Shown here: piece by piece, positions 19,074-28,725 of the stretch
Numbering within the stretch: position 1 is the first letter of the stretch
How the letters are laid out: the number at the start of each line of letters is the position of its first letter
DNA from: Nitrospinaceae bacterium
GTDB lineage: Bacteria; Nitrospinota; Nitrospinia; Nitrospinales; Nitrospinaceae
NCBI GenBank assembly: GCA_965237905.1
Contig: OZ250172.1
Span: 2,981,784-3,013,783 of the forward strand
DNA length: 32,000 nucleotides
Direction: 5' to 3'
The notes under the pieces: generated by a model
The model's input: the letters and a program-made list of their open reading frames with translations, nothing else
What the model was told of the DNA's origin: nothing
Database searches by the model: none
Made by a program: the position numbers and the translations under genes

Positions 19074-19871
19074 CTAAGGAAGTTGATGGGTCAATACTTT
19101 TTGTGCCGGATCTTGTCGATAGAAATCCTGTAAAACCTGATAAAGTTTTGGATGATGGTGTTTCATGTTTTCGGGATTACTAAAGAAATTTTCAGTCACC
19201 ACCGCGAAAAACTCAGCTTCATTGGTTGCCGCATAACTGTCAAAAAAAGTTGGCTGACCGTCTTCCACCTTGTCGCATAGCTCAAAATACTCTTGGGAAC
19301 ATACTTCACTCCACTGCTGATATTCCTCAGGAGTTGCTAGTGGCGGGGTGCCGTCTGCACTGCCATCGAGCATGTCCAGTTTATGAGCGAATTCGTGATA
19401 GACAACATTATGACCGTGTTCCGGATGCCGGGTTTCTCTTTTTACCGCATCCCAGACGAGTATCACCGGGCCACCACGATGGTGGGCTTCGCCGAGAATG
19501 GGCATCGGGCCCCGCGCTGGGGCAGTGCTAACGTCAAAAAAACCGAGTGGTCTCTCAGGAGACAAGACGGTTGAAGGATACACATAAATGGATTCCACAT
19601 TGTGGTAATAATCGTTTGGCAACGCGAGTATCAGCAGGCACGCATGGGCGGCGATCATGACGCGAATTTCATCCGTCAATTCGAGGCCATCGCACCCCAA
19701 CCAGTGCTTTTCGGCAATAAAGATTTGGATAAGGTCCTGCAAACGCTTTTTTTCTTCATTGTTGAGGTGTTGGTAATATGGAATGTTATTTTGGATGTGC
19801 CTCTCCCACTCGCTTGGGAAAGGAACGGCCAGTATTTTTTTTCGCCGCCTCTCACGAAACCAATTCCACAT
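19074..19871 (-). CDS. mtfA: MtfA-like zinc-dependent peptidase (start reassigned from 20099 to 19871)
   Basis: MWNWFRERRRKKILAVPFP, HNVVYHEFAHKLDMLDGSADGTPPL, EFFAVVTENFFSNP. The region upstream of 19871 lies in cysH. Confidence 0.85.
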   Translation of the reverse strand: MWNWFRERRRKKILAVPFPSEWERHIQNNIPYYQHLNNEEKKRLQDLIQIFIAEKHWLGCDGLELTDEIRVMIAAHACLLILALPNDYYHNVESIYVYPSTVLSPERPLGFFDVSTAPARGPMPILGEAHHRGGPVILVWDAVKRETRHPEHGHNVVYHEFAHKLDMLDGSADGTPPLATPEEYQQWSEVCSQEYFELCDKVEDGQPTFFDSYAATNEAEFFAVVTENFFSNPENMKHHHPKLYQVLQDFYRQDPAQKVLTHQLP

Positions 19872-19896
19872 AAAATTTAACCTCTTTTGAGCTGAT

Positions 19897-20589
19897 TCAG
19901 GGGGCCTGGTGAAGGCCGCATTCTTTGTGGTCGGGGTTTTCCCACCACCAGCGGCCGGCGCGAATATCCTCTCCCGCTTCGATGGGTCGTGTGCAGGGGG
20001 CGCAGCCGATACTCGGATAGTTTTGTTTGTGGAGCGGGTTGACGGGAACCTTGTTCTTTTCGACATAGTCCTGAACCTGTTCCAGCGTCCAGTCGGCAAT
20101 CGGGTTGATCTTGATCAGGGGAGGGCGGTCAGCATCCTCACTCACCTTGGGAATGTCCGTGCGCGTGACGTTCTGATCCCTGCGGATACCGGTAATCCAT
20201 GCGTCCAGATTGGACAGCGCCCGCGTTAACGGTTCCACCTTGCGGATGGCGCAACATTCCTTCCGGTTCTCCAGGCTTTCCTTGAACGAGTGAAATCCCT
20301 TTTCGCGTTCCAGTCGTTCGACGTCTTCACTTTTAGGGAAATAGGATTGGATGGCAATGCCGTAGTGGCTTCGTGTCCGGTCCACGGTGAGGTAGGTTTC
20401 CTCGTGGAGCCGCCCGGTATCCAGGGTGAACACCGTAAACTGTTTGGTGATTTTGGACGCCATATCGATCAGCACCATATCCTCCAGGCCAAAACTCGAC
20501 GCTATTCCTACGCGGGTTCCAAACTGCTCAAAGGCCCACTCCAGGATTTCCTGGGGGGATTTCGATTCAAAACGGCTGTAATCCATCAA
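19897..20589 (-). CDS. cysH: Assimilatory (phospho)adenylyl-sulfate reductase with paired Cys motifs
   Basis: SSFGLEDMVLIDMA, TLDTGRLHEETY, KECCAIRKVEPL, YPSIGCAPCTRPIEAGEDIRAGRWWWE. Confidence 0.93.
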   Translation of the reverse strand: MMDYSRFESKSPQEILEWAFEQFGTRVGIASSFGLEDMVLIDMASKITKQFTVFTLDTGRLHEETYLTVDRTRSHYGIAIQSYFPKSEDVERLEREKGFHSFKESLENRKECCAIRKVEPLTRALSNLDAWITGIRRDQNVTRTDIPKVSEDADRPPLIKINPIADWTLEQVQDYVEKNKVPVNPLHKQNYPSIGCAPCTRPIEAGEDIRAGRWWWENPDHKECGLHQAP

Positions 20590-20608
20590 AATGCTCCTGT
20601 AAAAACAG

Positions 20609-20644
20609 AGGAAGAATCCCCCCGGCCCCCTTTACAAGGGGGAG
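20609..20644. repeat. Dispersed 36-bp repeat, copy 2
   Basis: Identical to 15344-15379. Confidence 0.9.
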
Positions 20645-20785
20645 ATTATAACCTTCTCTTCCCAAAATACGCATATTTGGAGGACTTTCATCCAAACTAC
20701 AAGTATTACACAACCCCGACCGGGGTCCAAGCGGCAGGAGCTTGTTTATCAACAAATAACCCCATTTGCAACCCGGATTTTTAGG

Positions 20786-20813
20786 TTGACAGGGGAGGGC
20801 TTTACGATATATA
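20786..20813 (+). promoter_or_regulatory. Candidate sigma70-type promoter (TTGACA, 16 bp, TATATA)
   Basis: Consensus boxes in the gap upstream of the HtrA gene, though about 290 bp from its start. Confidence 0.4.
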
Positions 20814-21103
20814 AGGTGGCTCCATGAGCCTTAAAAGGTGATTTTTAAGGGATTTTGGAAGGATCGATTGAATTCTATTTATTTGAAATAATGGGTTCTT
20901 TTTGAATTTTAATATTTCCGGTGAGGCCGATGAGGATTGCCGGTTAGATGTTGGTATTTTTTGGTTTTGCCCGGTGGAATCCAAGTGCTGGAGCCGTTGT
21001 TTCGGGGATGGGAGGATTCTTGGAGGCACCTTGATGAATAAGCGTGTTTTCAGTGACGGATTGACTTACAATGCAGGCCAGAATCCTTTATAGAACCTCG
21101 ATT

Positions 21104-22474
21104 ATGAATAACCGCTTGTTCTCAAAGTTTGTTTCAGCTTGGGTCTTCTGTTTATGCCTGGTGTTTGCATCCGGTATGAATGCAGGCCATTCGGCAAAGG
21201 GGCTAAAACTTCTCGAAGAAGTAGAGGAAGGTTTTGTCGGCCTGGCAGAACACACCTTGCCTTCGGTCGTTAATATTTCCCCTTACGTTCCGCCATCGCC
21301 ATCCGTACGTCGCCAAAGTGATCCTAATCGTTCCCGACCTACCAATGCCGGCGCAGGCGTCATCATTGACGGGGTGAATGGTTATATCGTGACCAACAGT
21401 CATGTGGTACGTCAGTCTCAAAAAGTGCAGATTCTTTTTTATAGTGGCGAGGAACGGGTCGGGCAGGTTTTGGGTGTCGACGAAGAGACAGACCTGGCGG
21501 TCATTAAGGTGGAATCATCCAAGCCATTACCCTCGGTTTCGCTAGGCGATTCCTCCAAGTTGAAAGTCGGACAGTTTGTTGTGGCGATAGGGAATCCCTA
21601 TGGCTTGCATGATACATTCAGTTTTGGAGTGATCAGCGGGCTGAACCGGGAAAATGTCAATATTTCCCGGTATGAGGACTTTATCCAGACGGATGCCTCC
21701 ATCAACCCCGGAAATAGTGGTGGACCCCTCCTGAATATTCGAGGGGAGGTTGTTGGGATCAATACCGCGATCATCAATTATGCCCAAAGCATTGGGTTCG
21801 CGATCCCGGCCAATATTGTTAAGAACGTCGCTCAACAGATCATTGAAAACGGATCGGTCAATCGAGGCTGGCTGGGTGTGGGTATCGAGTATCTCCCTGA
21901 AGATGTCGCTAAGAATGCCAACATCGGAAAAGGGGATGGGGTTTTGGTGAACTCGGTGTTTGAGAAACAACCTGCGCATCAGGCGGGAATCAAGGTCGGG
22001 GACATCATCCTGAAGATTGGCGGCGCCACGGTGAACTCTCCAAATTCCATGATTCGGCTTATTGGCAATGTTTCCCCCGGGCAGTTTATCAATCTGGATG
22101 TTCTCAGAAATGGCGAACATAAGACTTTTGCTGTCCGGCTGGCCCGGAAGGAAGAACCCAGACAGCAACTTGCCGCTTTGGGAAAAAAGGAGTCGCCTCA
22201 ATTGGGTTTGATTTGGGAGGATTTGAATGAAGCGGCTTCCCAAGCCCAGGAATCTGACCTTAAACAAGGGGTGCGGGTGATCCAGGTCCTTCCACACAGC
22301 GAAGCTGAAAAGGAAGGCATCCGGCAAGGGGACGTGATTACCGCGGTCAATGGGAAACAGATAGTCAGTAAAAAGGAGTTTGAGGATTTTCTCCAGAAGA
22401 GTTCCCATGAGAGAACTCTTTCCCTTTTGGTTGACCGGGACAACGTATCGATCCTATTTAATTTGAATAAATAA
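21104..22474 (+). CDS. Periplasmic HtrA/DegP (Do-family) serine protease with PDZ domains
   Basis: Signal peptide; NGYIVTNSHVV, DLAVIKVES, NPGNSGGPLLNIRGEVVGINTAI; PDZ modules RGWLGVGIEY... and HSEAEKEGIRQGDVITAVNG. Confidence 0.93.
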   Translation: MNNRLFSKFVSAWVFCLCLVFASGMNAGHSAKGLKLLEEVEEGFVGLAEHTLPSVVNISPYVPPSPSVRRQSDPNRSRPTNAGAGVIIDGVNGYIVTNSHVVRQSQKVQILFYSGEERVGQVLGVDEETDLAVIKVESSKPLPSVSLGDSSKLKVGQFVVAIGNPYGLHDTFSFGVISGLNRENVNISRYEDFIQTDASINPGNSGGPLLNIRGEVVGINTAIINYAQSIGFAIPANIVKNVAQQIIENGSVNRGWLGVGIEYLPEDVAKNANIGKGDGVLVNSVFEKQPAHQAGIKVGDIILKIGGATVNSPNSMIRLIGNVSPGQFINLDVLRNGEHKTFAVRLARKEEPRQQLAALGKKESPQLGLIWEDLNEAASQAQESDLKQGVRVIQVLPHSEAEKEGIRQGDVITAVNGKQIVSKKEFEDFLQKSSHERTLSLLVDRDNVSILFNLNK

Positions 22475-22603
22475 AGTTAGTAATTAATCGAATTAATTTT
22501 GAAGAAACTTGGTTTTAACTTATTAAGGATGGAAAACGGTTTGGCAATGGCGGTTTTCCAATATCCGATCATTTTTTTACTAGAAAATTTCTAGGGAGGT
22601 TTT

Positions 22604-25600
22604 ATGGCTACAAGCAGAAATCACATTTTGCAGGTGTTGATCTTAATGGCGCTGACCGTTGTGTTGGGCCTGGGCACTGCATTCGCTTCTTCGAGTCACG
22701 AGGGCCATCACGGCTCTCCGGTAGACCGTCCGGTGTGGTTGGATAAACTGGAAAACCAGATCGACTACGAAGAGATGATGGAAGGCAAACAAGGCGATCA
22801 GGAACGCCTGAACAAGACCTACAGGGGTCTGATGGACCGCCTGAAGGGGAAATTGATGGAACATGCCAGCCCGGCTTCCACCGGTGGCGGGTTTCATAAT
22901 TCCTGGGCCGCCCATCAGCTTCAACAGGGTTATCTGCTTGGGCCAACGGAAGTCGCCGATCAGGTGTTCCGAGGCGCCCATTGTCCCGCCGGCGTTCCCA
23001 CCAAAATCTATGATATCTCCGCGATCAATGTTGAGATCACGCTCAACCAGTGGGGCGATTATTTTCCGGGCTACATGTACGTTCTGACCAAGAATATCCC
23101 AAAGGTCAGAGACGAAGAGAAACGCAATGCCAAAGCCCGTGCAGACGCGCTGGACCCCGGAGCTGTTACCAATGGATTGCAGGGCGATGCCATTCAACCA
23201 TTTGTGATCCGCGCTAACCAGGGCGAATGTGTTCGCATTAAATTTCATAACGCATTGGAAGATGAAGACGCCGGTTTTCAGATCAACGGTTCCGCCATGA
23301 TCATCAGCAAAACCGGTGCTCCCAACACCGCGGCTTCCAAAGGCTCCATTGTTCCCAGCGAAGAGTCCCAGGAATTTGAATGGTACATTCCGGTGGACGA
23401 GCAGGAAGGCGGTCACGTCATCGTCAGTCATGCCGGCCGCGATCCGCAGGCGTTGGGTCTGGTCGGTGTGTTTATTGTGGAACCGCGTGGTTCGAAGTAT
23501 CTCGATCCGTGGACGGGTCAGGGTTTGGAAAGCGGCTGGATGGTCATGATCGCCAACGATGACCAGAAGGATTTCCGTGAATTTGTCATAATCTATCATG
23601 AAGTGGGCGACGAATCCTTCCGTCCCTTGAACCGTCACGGCGAAATGATTCCCCAGCGCGATCCGCAGACCGATGCCTACCGGCCTTCGGCCCGGGCGAT
23701 AAACTTCCGCAGTGAGCCGTTCGGGATCAACAACCTGGCGGTGCAGGAGAAGATGTATCATTTCGAAGACGAGTCGCTGGCGTACAGTTCTTATACGTTC
23801 GGTGATGCGCCCACCACGATCCCCCGTTCCTACATGGGCGATCCGGCAAAGTTCCGCCTGATTCACGGCGGCGGCGAGGTGTTCCATTCGCACCATCCGC
23901 ATGGCGGAACCATTCGCTGGACGCGTTCTCCGAAACGGGAGCCGGGAATTGAAAACTTGATCACGGCGGCCTACGACGGTCCGGTGAAGTATCCGGTGGT
24001 TCGAACGACCACCGACCGCGTAGACGTGCAAGTTATCGGTCCGGCTGAAGCGATTGACCTCGAAACGGAATGCGGTTCCGGTCTGTGTCAGAAGCTGGCA
24101 GGTGATTTCCTATTCCATTGTCATGTCGCGCATCACTATGTCGCCGGCATGTGGGGCTACTGGCGCGTGTACAACACCATCCAAAATGGCAACTATCCGC
24201 ACGGCAGTACCGACATCATGCGGCCTTTGAAGGAGCTTCCGGACCGGAAAGGATATATTCCAAAAGGTGTCAGCTCCGACAAGCTGGTCGGCAAAACCAT
24301 GAACTGGTACGGCAAGAAGTTCAAGATTGTCGACAAAGGCAATAGTAAATGGAACCGGGATAATCCTATAGTTCACATCAAATCCTGGGTGAAGTATATG
24401 TTGCCGCCGAAAGGTCAGCCGGGTCACACGTCCGACGAGAAGAAGCAGATTCTTTCGTACGACGGCACGGTTTGGGATTACGCCTGGAAAGGTAACAGGG
24501 CGATGTCCGAACGGGAAATCAGCTTCCCGATGGCGAAGTTCAAAGCGCCGCATCCGGGCAAGCGTCATCCCCTCCAGTTCCACCCGACCAATGGCAAGCT
24601 GGCATGGCCTCACATGACGCCGCATTTTGGCAAACGGGTTCCGTTTGCGCGTCATCATGGTGGTGCTCCCTGGCTGGAGCCGTTTCACTTGCTGCCGGAT
24701 CCTGGAATCATTACGAAGACCGAGTCCGGCAGTGGGCGTTCCAATGCCCGCATGGAGAATTCCTCTCCCGCCAAACCCGGTGCGCATGGTCGTTGGAGTT
24801 TATGTCCAGCAGGTGCGGGTCGGAAGCAGTACAACCTGCATTTCATCAACACACCGATTCAATTGTCGGGGGCTTATGGCAAGACCAAGCCGGTTATAGA
24901 CAAGTACGGTCTGATTTACGTGATCGACGAGGATATGAAGGCGGTCAAGAAGGACCCAAAAAAGGCCTTGCCTCTGGTCATTCGCGCCAATGTCTATGAC
25001 TGTGTCGATGTGTTGTTGACGAGTGAATGGAATGACGATGATTTCACGAACTTCCAGATGTCGAAGATCAATATTCATCCTCATTTTTTCCAGTTCGATA
25101 ACCAATCGTCGGATGGCGTCATCACTGGTTTCTCTTATGACCAGTCGATGCGTTCCTACCGGCAGTTCGATAAAAAGATGAAGAAGGGCCATCATGTAGG
25201 CATGCCGGTTCCGATGAACGCGAAAGTGTTGAGCAACACCAAGCGTGGGTCGAAAACGGTCAAGCTCAAGATGGCTCATCATGCAACGCCGTTCCATGTA
25301 GGTGCCGATATCATAGTTGGTATTGAGCGGCCCAATGGTAAGGATGCGCGTTGGGTCAAGTCGATGAAACCGGCTCCCGGCAAAGCGAAGGACGGGGTGT
25401 ACACGATCACCTTTACCGAGGGCATGACCCATGCTCATAAGAAGGGCGAAATCGTGAGCGCTGAGTTCGTTCGTTATCGCTGGTGGGTGGATGCGGATGT
25501 CGGGCTGGTGTTCTGGCACGATCATGCATTCGGCGCGACCACCTGGCCGCACGGCGGTATCGGTTCGACTATCGTTGAGCCCTGGGGATCGACTTATCAT

Positions 25601-27502
25601 GATCCCAAAACCGGCAAGTTGATTCGCAGTGGCCCGGTAGCGGATATTCATGGCACCGAGCCGGTCGCTTATGCGCGCAACGGCAGTTTCCGCGAACTCG
25701 TGGTGCAACTGCACGATACGGTACCACATAACGCCCAGCTGGTGACAGCGGGGAATCCTCCCGGTCTGTCGCGTGAGAACGCGATTGCCGCGGGTCAGTC
25801 GATTTCCTTTCAGATGCCGACAACCCTGCAGGATGTTGCTTTCCCGCATTTGAATGGCGGCACGCACACCACCGGCGGCGGTTTTAACTTCCGTTCCGCT
25901 TCCCTGGCGGCCCGGTTGGCGGCTAATCCGGATGCTTCGATGCTGTTCAGCAGTAAGGCGCATCGCGATCCTGATACCCCCATGTTAAGGGCTTATCTGG
26001 GGGATAACGTCGTGTTCCGTCTCCTGCACGGGATGCAGAACGAAACTCATACCTTCGTCGTTTCCGGTCACGGTTATCGGCCGGAACGGTATGACAGGGA
26101 TTCCCGCGTGACCAACACGATTCACATAGGAATCGCGGAACGATACGACTTGGCCACCACGGCAGGGGGTTATCAGCAGAGAGCGGGTGATTACCTGATC
26201 TATAACGGCCGTACGTCGCATTTTTCGGAAGGCAGTTGGACTATTTTCCGTGTGTACGACAAGCCGAACAAGAATCTGAGGCCTCTGGAAGGTACCCGCG
26301 GCATTCTACCCAACAAGCCGGTTTGTTCTGCTGGCGCGCCGGTGAAAAACTTCAGCGTGGTAGCGATTGACAAAGCGCTGAAGTTCAATCCGAACACTGA
26401 AGATTTCATCGAGGTGGATTTTGAGCGCAAGCTCATGCTCCACAATCCGAATGGCAAGGTGTTCGTACTGGAAAACGAGGTCAGTAAAGTAGCGGATGAT
26501 AAGGTTATGCCGCATCCGTTGACCTTGCATGTGAACATCGGCGACTGTGTCAAAGTAAAATTGACCAACCGTCTGAAGAAAGGCAAAACGTCCCTGCATG
26601 TGAACAACATGGCGTTTGATCCCAGGGATTCCCAGGGGATCAATGTTGGGTACAACAAGGGCGATCAGACGGTTAAACCAGGTGCGTCGAAAACCTATAC
26701 GTTCTTCGCGCATCCGGGATTCAAGATCAACGGTGGTTTGATCTGGGATTTCGGTGATCTGGTGACCAACGTCCGCGATGGATTGTACGGCGGTATCATC
26801 ATCGGTCCACGTGGTTCGGTGTATCGCGATCCGGAGACCGGGAAAGACGTCTCCCTGGGCAACTCCTGGAAAGCGGATGTTATAGTTGACAAGTCTTATC
26901 CTGAAAATGCGAACCTCGAGAACTATCGTGACTTCGCATTGTACTTCCAGGATGAGGATAATATTCTGGGAACGTCGTTCATGCCTTACCTGCAGAATGT
27001 GGCAGGTCTGACGGGCGTGAACTATCGTCTGGAGCCGTGGACTTACCGCGAAGATGAGGGTTGTGAGCTGGGAAATATGTTCATGCCTTGTGTCGCGGCC
27101 GGATCGGACCCTGCAACGCCGGTATTGAAGGCCCATGCCGGTGACAAGGTGATGATCAACGTGTTCGGGGCTCACAACGAGCAGAACCATATGTTCAACC
27201 TGGACGGCCACCAATGGCGGCGTCATATGGACCAGAATGGTTCCGATATGATCGACGTTCAGCAGTTTGGTGCGGGTGAATATCTCCAGGCGTTTCTCAG
27301 AAGCGGTGCGGGCGGGACGTATCACAATCCCGGCACGTACCTGTGGCTGAACGCCCGGACGCCTTATCAGCAGGCTGGCCAGTGGGGTTATTTCAAGGTC
27401 CTGCCAGCGGGCGACCGGTCCATTCTACCCTTGGGCGGTGCGACTCCGGGCAACCTGAAGTCGGCCTCCAAGCCACAGGATGAACGGCTGTCGATGAAAT
27501 AA
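22604..27502 (+). CDS. Giant exported multi-cupredoxin-domain multicopper oxidase (1632 aa)
   Basis: Signal peptide; HSHHPHGGTIRW, LFHCHVAHHYVAGMWGYWRV, HPHFFQFDNQ, FWHDHAFGATTWPHGG, THTFVVSGHGYRPERYD, repeated cupredoxin-like segments. Confidence 0.88.
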   Translation: MATSRNHILQVLILMALTVVLGLGTAFASSSHEGHHGSPVDRPVWLDKLENQIDYEEMMEGKQGDQERLNKTYRGLMDRLKGKLMEHASPASTGGGFHNSWAAHQLQQGYLLGPTEVADQVFRGAHCPAGVPTKIYDISAINVEITLNQWGDYFPGYMYVLTKNIPKVRDEEKRNAKARADALDPGAVTNGLQGDAIQPFVIRANQGECVRIKFHNALEDEDAGFQINGSAMIISKTGAPNTAASKGSIVPSEESQEFEWYIPVDEQEGGHVIVSHAGRDPQALGLVGVFIVEPRGSKYLDPWTGQGLESGWMVMIANDDQKDFREFVIIYHEVGDESFRPLNRHGEMIPQRDPQTDAYRPSARAINFRSEPFGINNLAVQEKMYHFEDESLAYSSYTFGDAPTTIPRSYMGDPAKFRLIHGGGEVFHSHHPHGGTIRWTRSPKREPGIENLITAAYDGPVKYPVVRTTTDRVDVQVIGPAEAIDLETECGSGLCQKLAGDFLFHCHVAHHYVAGMWGYWRVYNTIQNGNYPHGSTDIMRPLKELPDRKGYIPKGVSSDKLVGKTMNWYGKKFKIVDKGNSKWNRDNPIVHIKSWVKYMLPPKGQPGHTSDEKKQILSYDGTVWDYAWKGNRAMSEREISFPMAKFKAPHPGKRHPLQFHPTNGKLAWPHMTPHFGKRVPFARHHGGAPWLEPFHLLPDPGIITKTESGSGRSNARMENSSPAKPGAHGRWSLCPAGAGRKQYNLHFINTPIQLSGAYGKTKPVIDKYGLIYVIDEDMKAVKKDPKKALPLVIRANVYDCVDVLLTSEWNDDDFTNFQMSKINIHPHFFQFDNQSSDGVITGFSYDQSMRSYRQFDKKMKKGHHVGMPVPMNAKVLSNTKRGSKTVKLKMAHHATPFHVGADIIVGIERPNGKDARWVKSMKPAPGKAKDGVYTITFTEGMTHAHKKGEIVSAEFVRYRWWVDADVGLVFWHDHAFGATTWPHGGIGSTIVEPWGSTYHDPKTGKLIRSGPVADIHGTEPVAYARNGSFRELVVQLHDTVPHNAQLVTAGNPPGLSRENAIAAGQSISFQMPTTLQDVAFPHLNGGTHTTGGGFNFRSASLAARLAANPDASMLFSSKAHRDPDTPMLRAYLGDNVVFRLLHGMQNETHTFVVSGHGYRPERYDRDSRVTNTIHIGIAERYDLATTAGGYQQRAGDYLIYNGRTSHFSEGSWTIFRVYDKPNKNLRPLEGTRGILPNKPVCSAGAPVKNFSVVAIDKALKFNPNTEDFIEVDFERKLMLHNPNGKVFVLENEVSKVADDKVMPHPLTLHVNIGDCVKVKLTNRLKKGKTSLHVNNMAFDPRDSQGINVGYNKGDQTVKPGASKTYTFFAHPGFKINGGLIWDFGDLVTNVRDGLYGGIIIGPRGSVYRDPETGKDVSLGNSWKADVIVDKSYPENANLENYRDFALYFQDEDNILGTSFMPYLQNVAGLTGVNYRLEPWTYREDEGCELGNMFMPCVAAGSDPATPVLKAHAGDKVMINVFGAHNEQNHMFNLDGHQWRRHMDQNGSDMIDVQQFGAGEYLQAFLRSGAGGTYHNPGTYLWLNARTPYQQAGQWGYFKVLPAGDRSILPLGGATPGNLKSASKPQDERLSMK

Positions 27503-27542
27503 TTGAAAATAATTGTTGATCGGCAGGACTAAAATGTTTTAT

Positions 27543-27574
27543 AAGGGGCCTCTATTATAGGGGCCCCTTTGTTT
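27543..27574 (+). terminator. Intrinsic terminator after the multicopper oxidase gene
   Basis: aaggggcc...ggcccctt stem followed by T-rich sequence. Confidence 0.7.
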
Positions 27575-27675
27575 TCATTTTGGACCTTTTTGTGCTAAAC
27601 TCCGGGGCTTCAAATTCAAAAAAGCGCTTGCTCTCAATCAGTTGAGTTGATTTATTTAATTTTTGTTATAAGGAG

Positions 27676-28500
27676 ATGACAGGAATGATTAGAAAAACCT
27701 TAATTGGATTATTGGTAATCAGTGTGGCCTTGGCTTTTGGCACGGCGGCTTTCGCCAAAAAGTACAAGTATGAAGAAGGCGCCGTCAACGGTGGCGGTTC
27801 TATCAGCGGTTCGGTTTCCCTGAAGGGGAATCCTCCCCCTCCCATCATGGAAGACCTCAACAAAGGTAAAAACGTTGAGTTTTGTGTGACCCATCCGGAT
27901 ACCCAGAAGGGCGGAATGCGTCCCCGTACCAAGGTTGTTGCCAAAGGCGGCAAGCTGAGCGGCGCGGTGGTATTCATCGAGAATCTCACCAAGGGCAAAG
28001 CCTGGAATTGGAAAAACACGAACTTCGATTTCAAAACCTGCGACATTTTCCCGAAAGTGGCTGTGGTTAAAAAGGCTTCCAAAGCGGAGAAAAAAGCCGG
28101 TGGCGTTGCGACTATCACCAACAACGACCCGGATATTCTGCATAACCCGCATGGCTATTCCGTGGTGGGCGCCAGCCGCAAAACCCTGTTCAACAAGCCT
28201 CTGCCCAGCAAAGGCGATGTTGCGGAAGTGAGCAAAAACCTGGCGCGGTTCAAAAAGAAGAAAGACAAACATTTCTTCCTGCAGTGCGACCAGCATAACT
28301 TCATGGAAGCCGATGCCCGCATCGTATGGAATCCTTACTTTGCCGTAACCGGCGCAGACGGATCCTTCAAAATTGCAGATATTCCTGCCGGTAAATACAA
28401 AGTCACCGCGTGGCATCCCTATGTCGGTGAAGTGACTTCGGAAGTGACTGTAGGTGGCGGCGCAGATGCGAAACAGAATTTCACGCTGACCGCCAAGTAG
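27676..28500 (+). CDS. Exported cupredoxin-like protein with carboxypeptidase-regulatory-like C-terminal domain (start 27676 or 27685)
   Basis: Signal peptide; FFLQCDQHNFMEADARIVWNPYFAVTGADGSFKIADIPAGKYKVTAWHPYVG. Confidence 0.75.
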   Translation: MTGMIRKTLIGLLVISVALAFGTAAFAKKYKYEEGAVNGGGSISGSVSLKGNPPPPIMEDLNKGKNVEFCVTHPDTQKGGMRPRTKVVAKGGKLSGAVVFIENLTKGKAWNWKNTNFDFKTCDIFPKVAVVKKASKAEKKAGGVATITNNDPDILHNPHGYSVVGASRKTLFNKPLPSKGDVAEVSKNLARFKKKKDKHFFLQCDQHNFMEADARIVWNPYFAVTGADGSFKIADIPAGKYKVTAWHPYVGEVTSEVTVGGGADAKQNFTLTAK

Positions 28501-28531
28501 TTTTTTAAAGTAAATTAAGAAGGAAGTTATT

Positions 28532-28564
28532 AAAACGCCGGGACTTTGGTTCCGGCGTTTTTTA
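28532..28564 (+). terminator. Intrinsic terminator
   Basis: aaaacgccgg...ccggcgtttt stem followed by T run. Confidence 0.8.
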
Positions 28565-28575
28565 TTGTCCGGAGG

Positions 28576-28725
28576 TTACTTTTGGAGTTTGTTTTTGATC
28601 GCGATGACTTCTTTGATGTGATCTCTTTCCGCCTTTTCTAATAGGAGGAGAGCGGTTTTGGCTTCGAGGTTGTCGCAGAAATCACCCAGCAGGGAATAAA
28701 ACTCCGCCGAGACCATTTCCGCTTC
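28576..28725 (-). pseudogene. C-terminal fragment of a ferritin-like/rubrerythrin-type gene, truncated at its 5' end
   Basis: Minus-strand peptide EFYSLLGDFCDNLEAKTALLLLEKAERDHIKEVIAIKNKLQK ends in a stop. Homology is lost exactly where the multicopper-oxidase copy begins. Confidence 0.5.

Noticed and set aside
21542-22408. 288-aa minus-strand ORF
   Set aside because: Antisense to the clear HtrA/DegP gene.
22643-24031. 462-aa minus-strand ORF
   Set aside because: Fully antisense to the multicopper oxidase coding frame, with low-complexity, non-family-like sequence; shadow ORF.
24800-25963. 387-aa minus-strand ORF
   Set aside because: Antisense shadow of the multicopper oxidase gene; no recognisable motifs.
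26306-27325. 339-aa minus-strand ORF
   Set aside because: Antisense shadow of the multicopper oxidase. The partial similarity to 28576-28989 minus comes only from the duplicated oxidase DNA.
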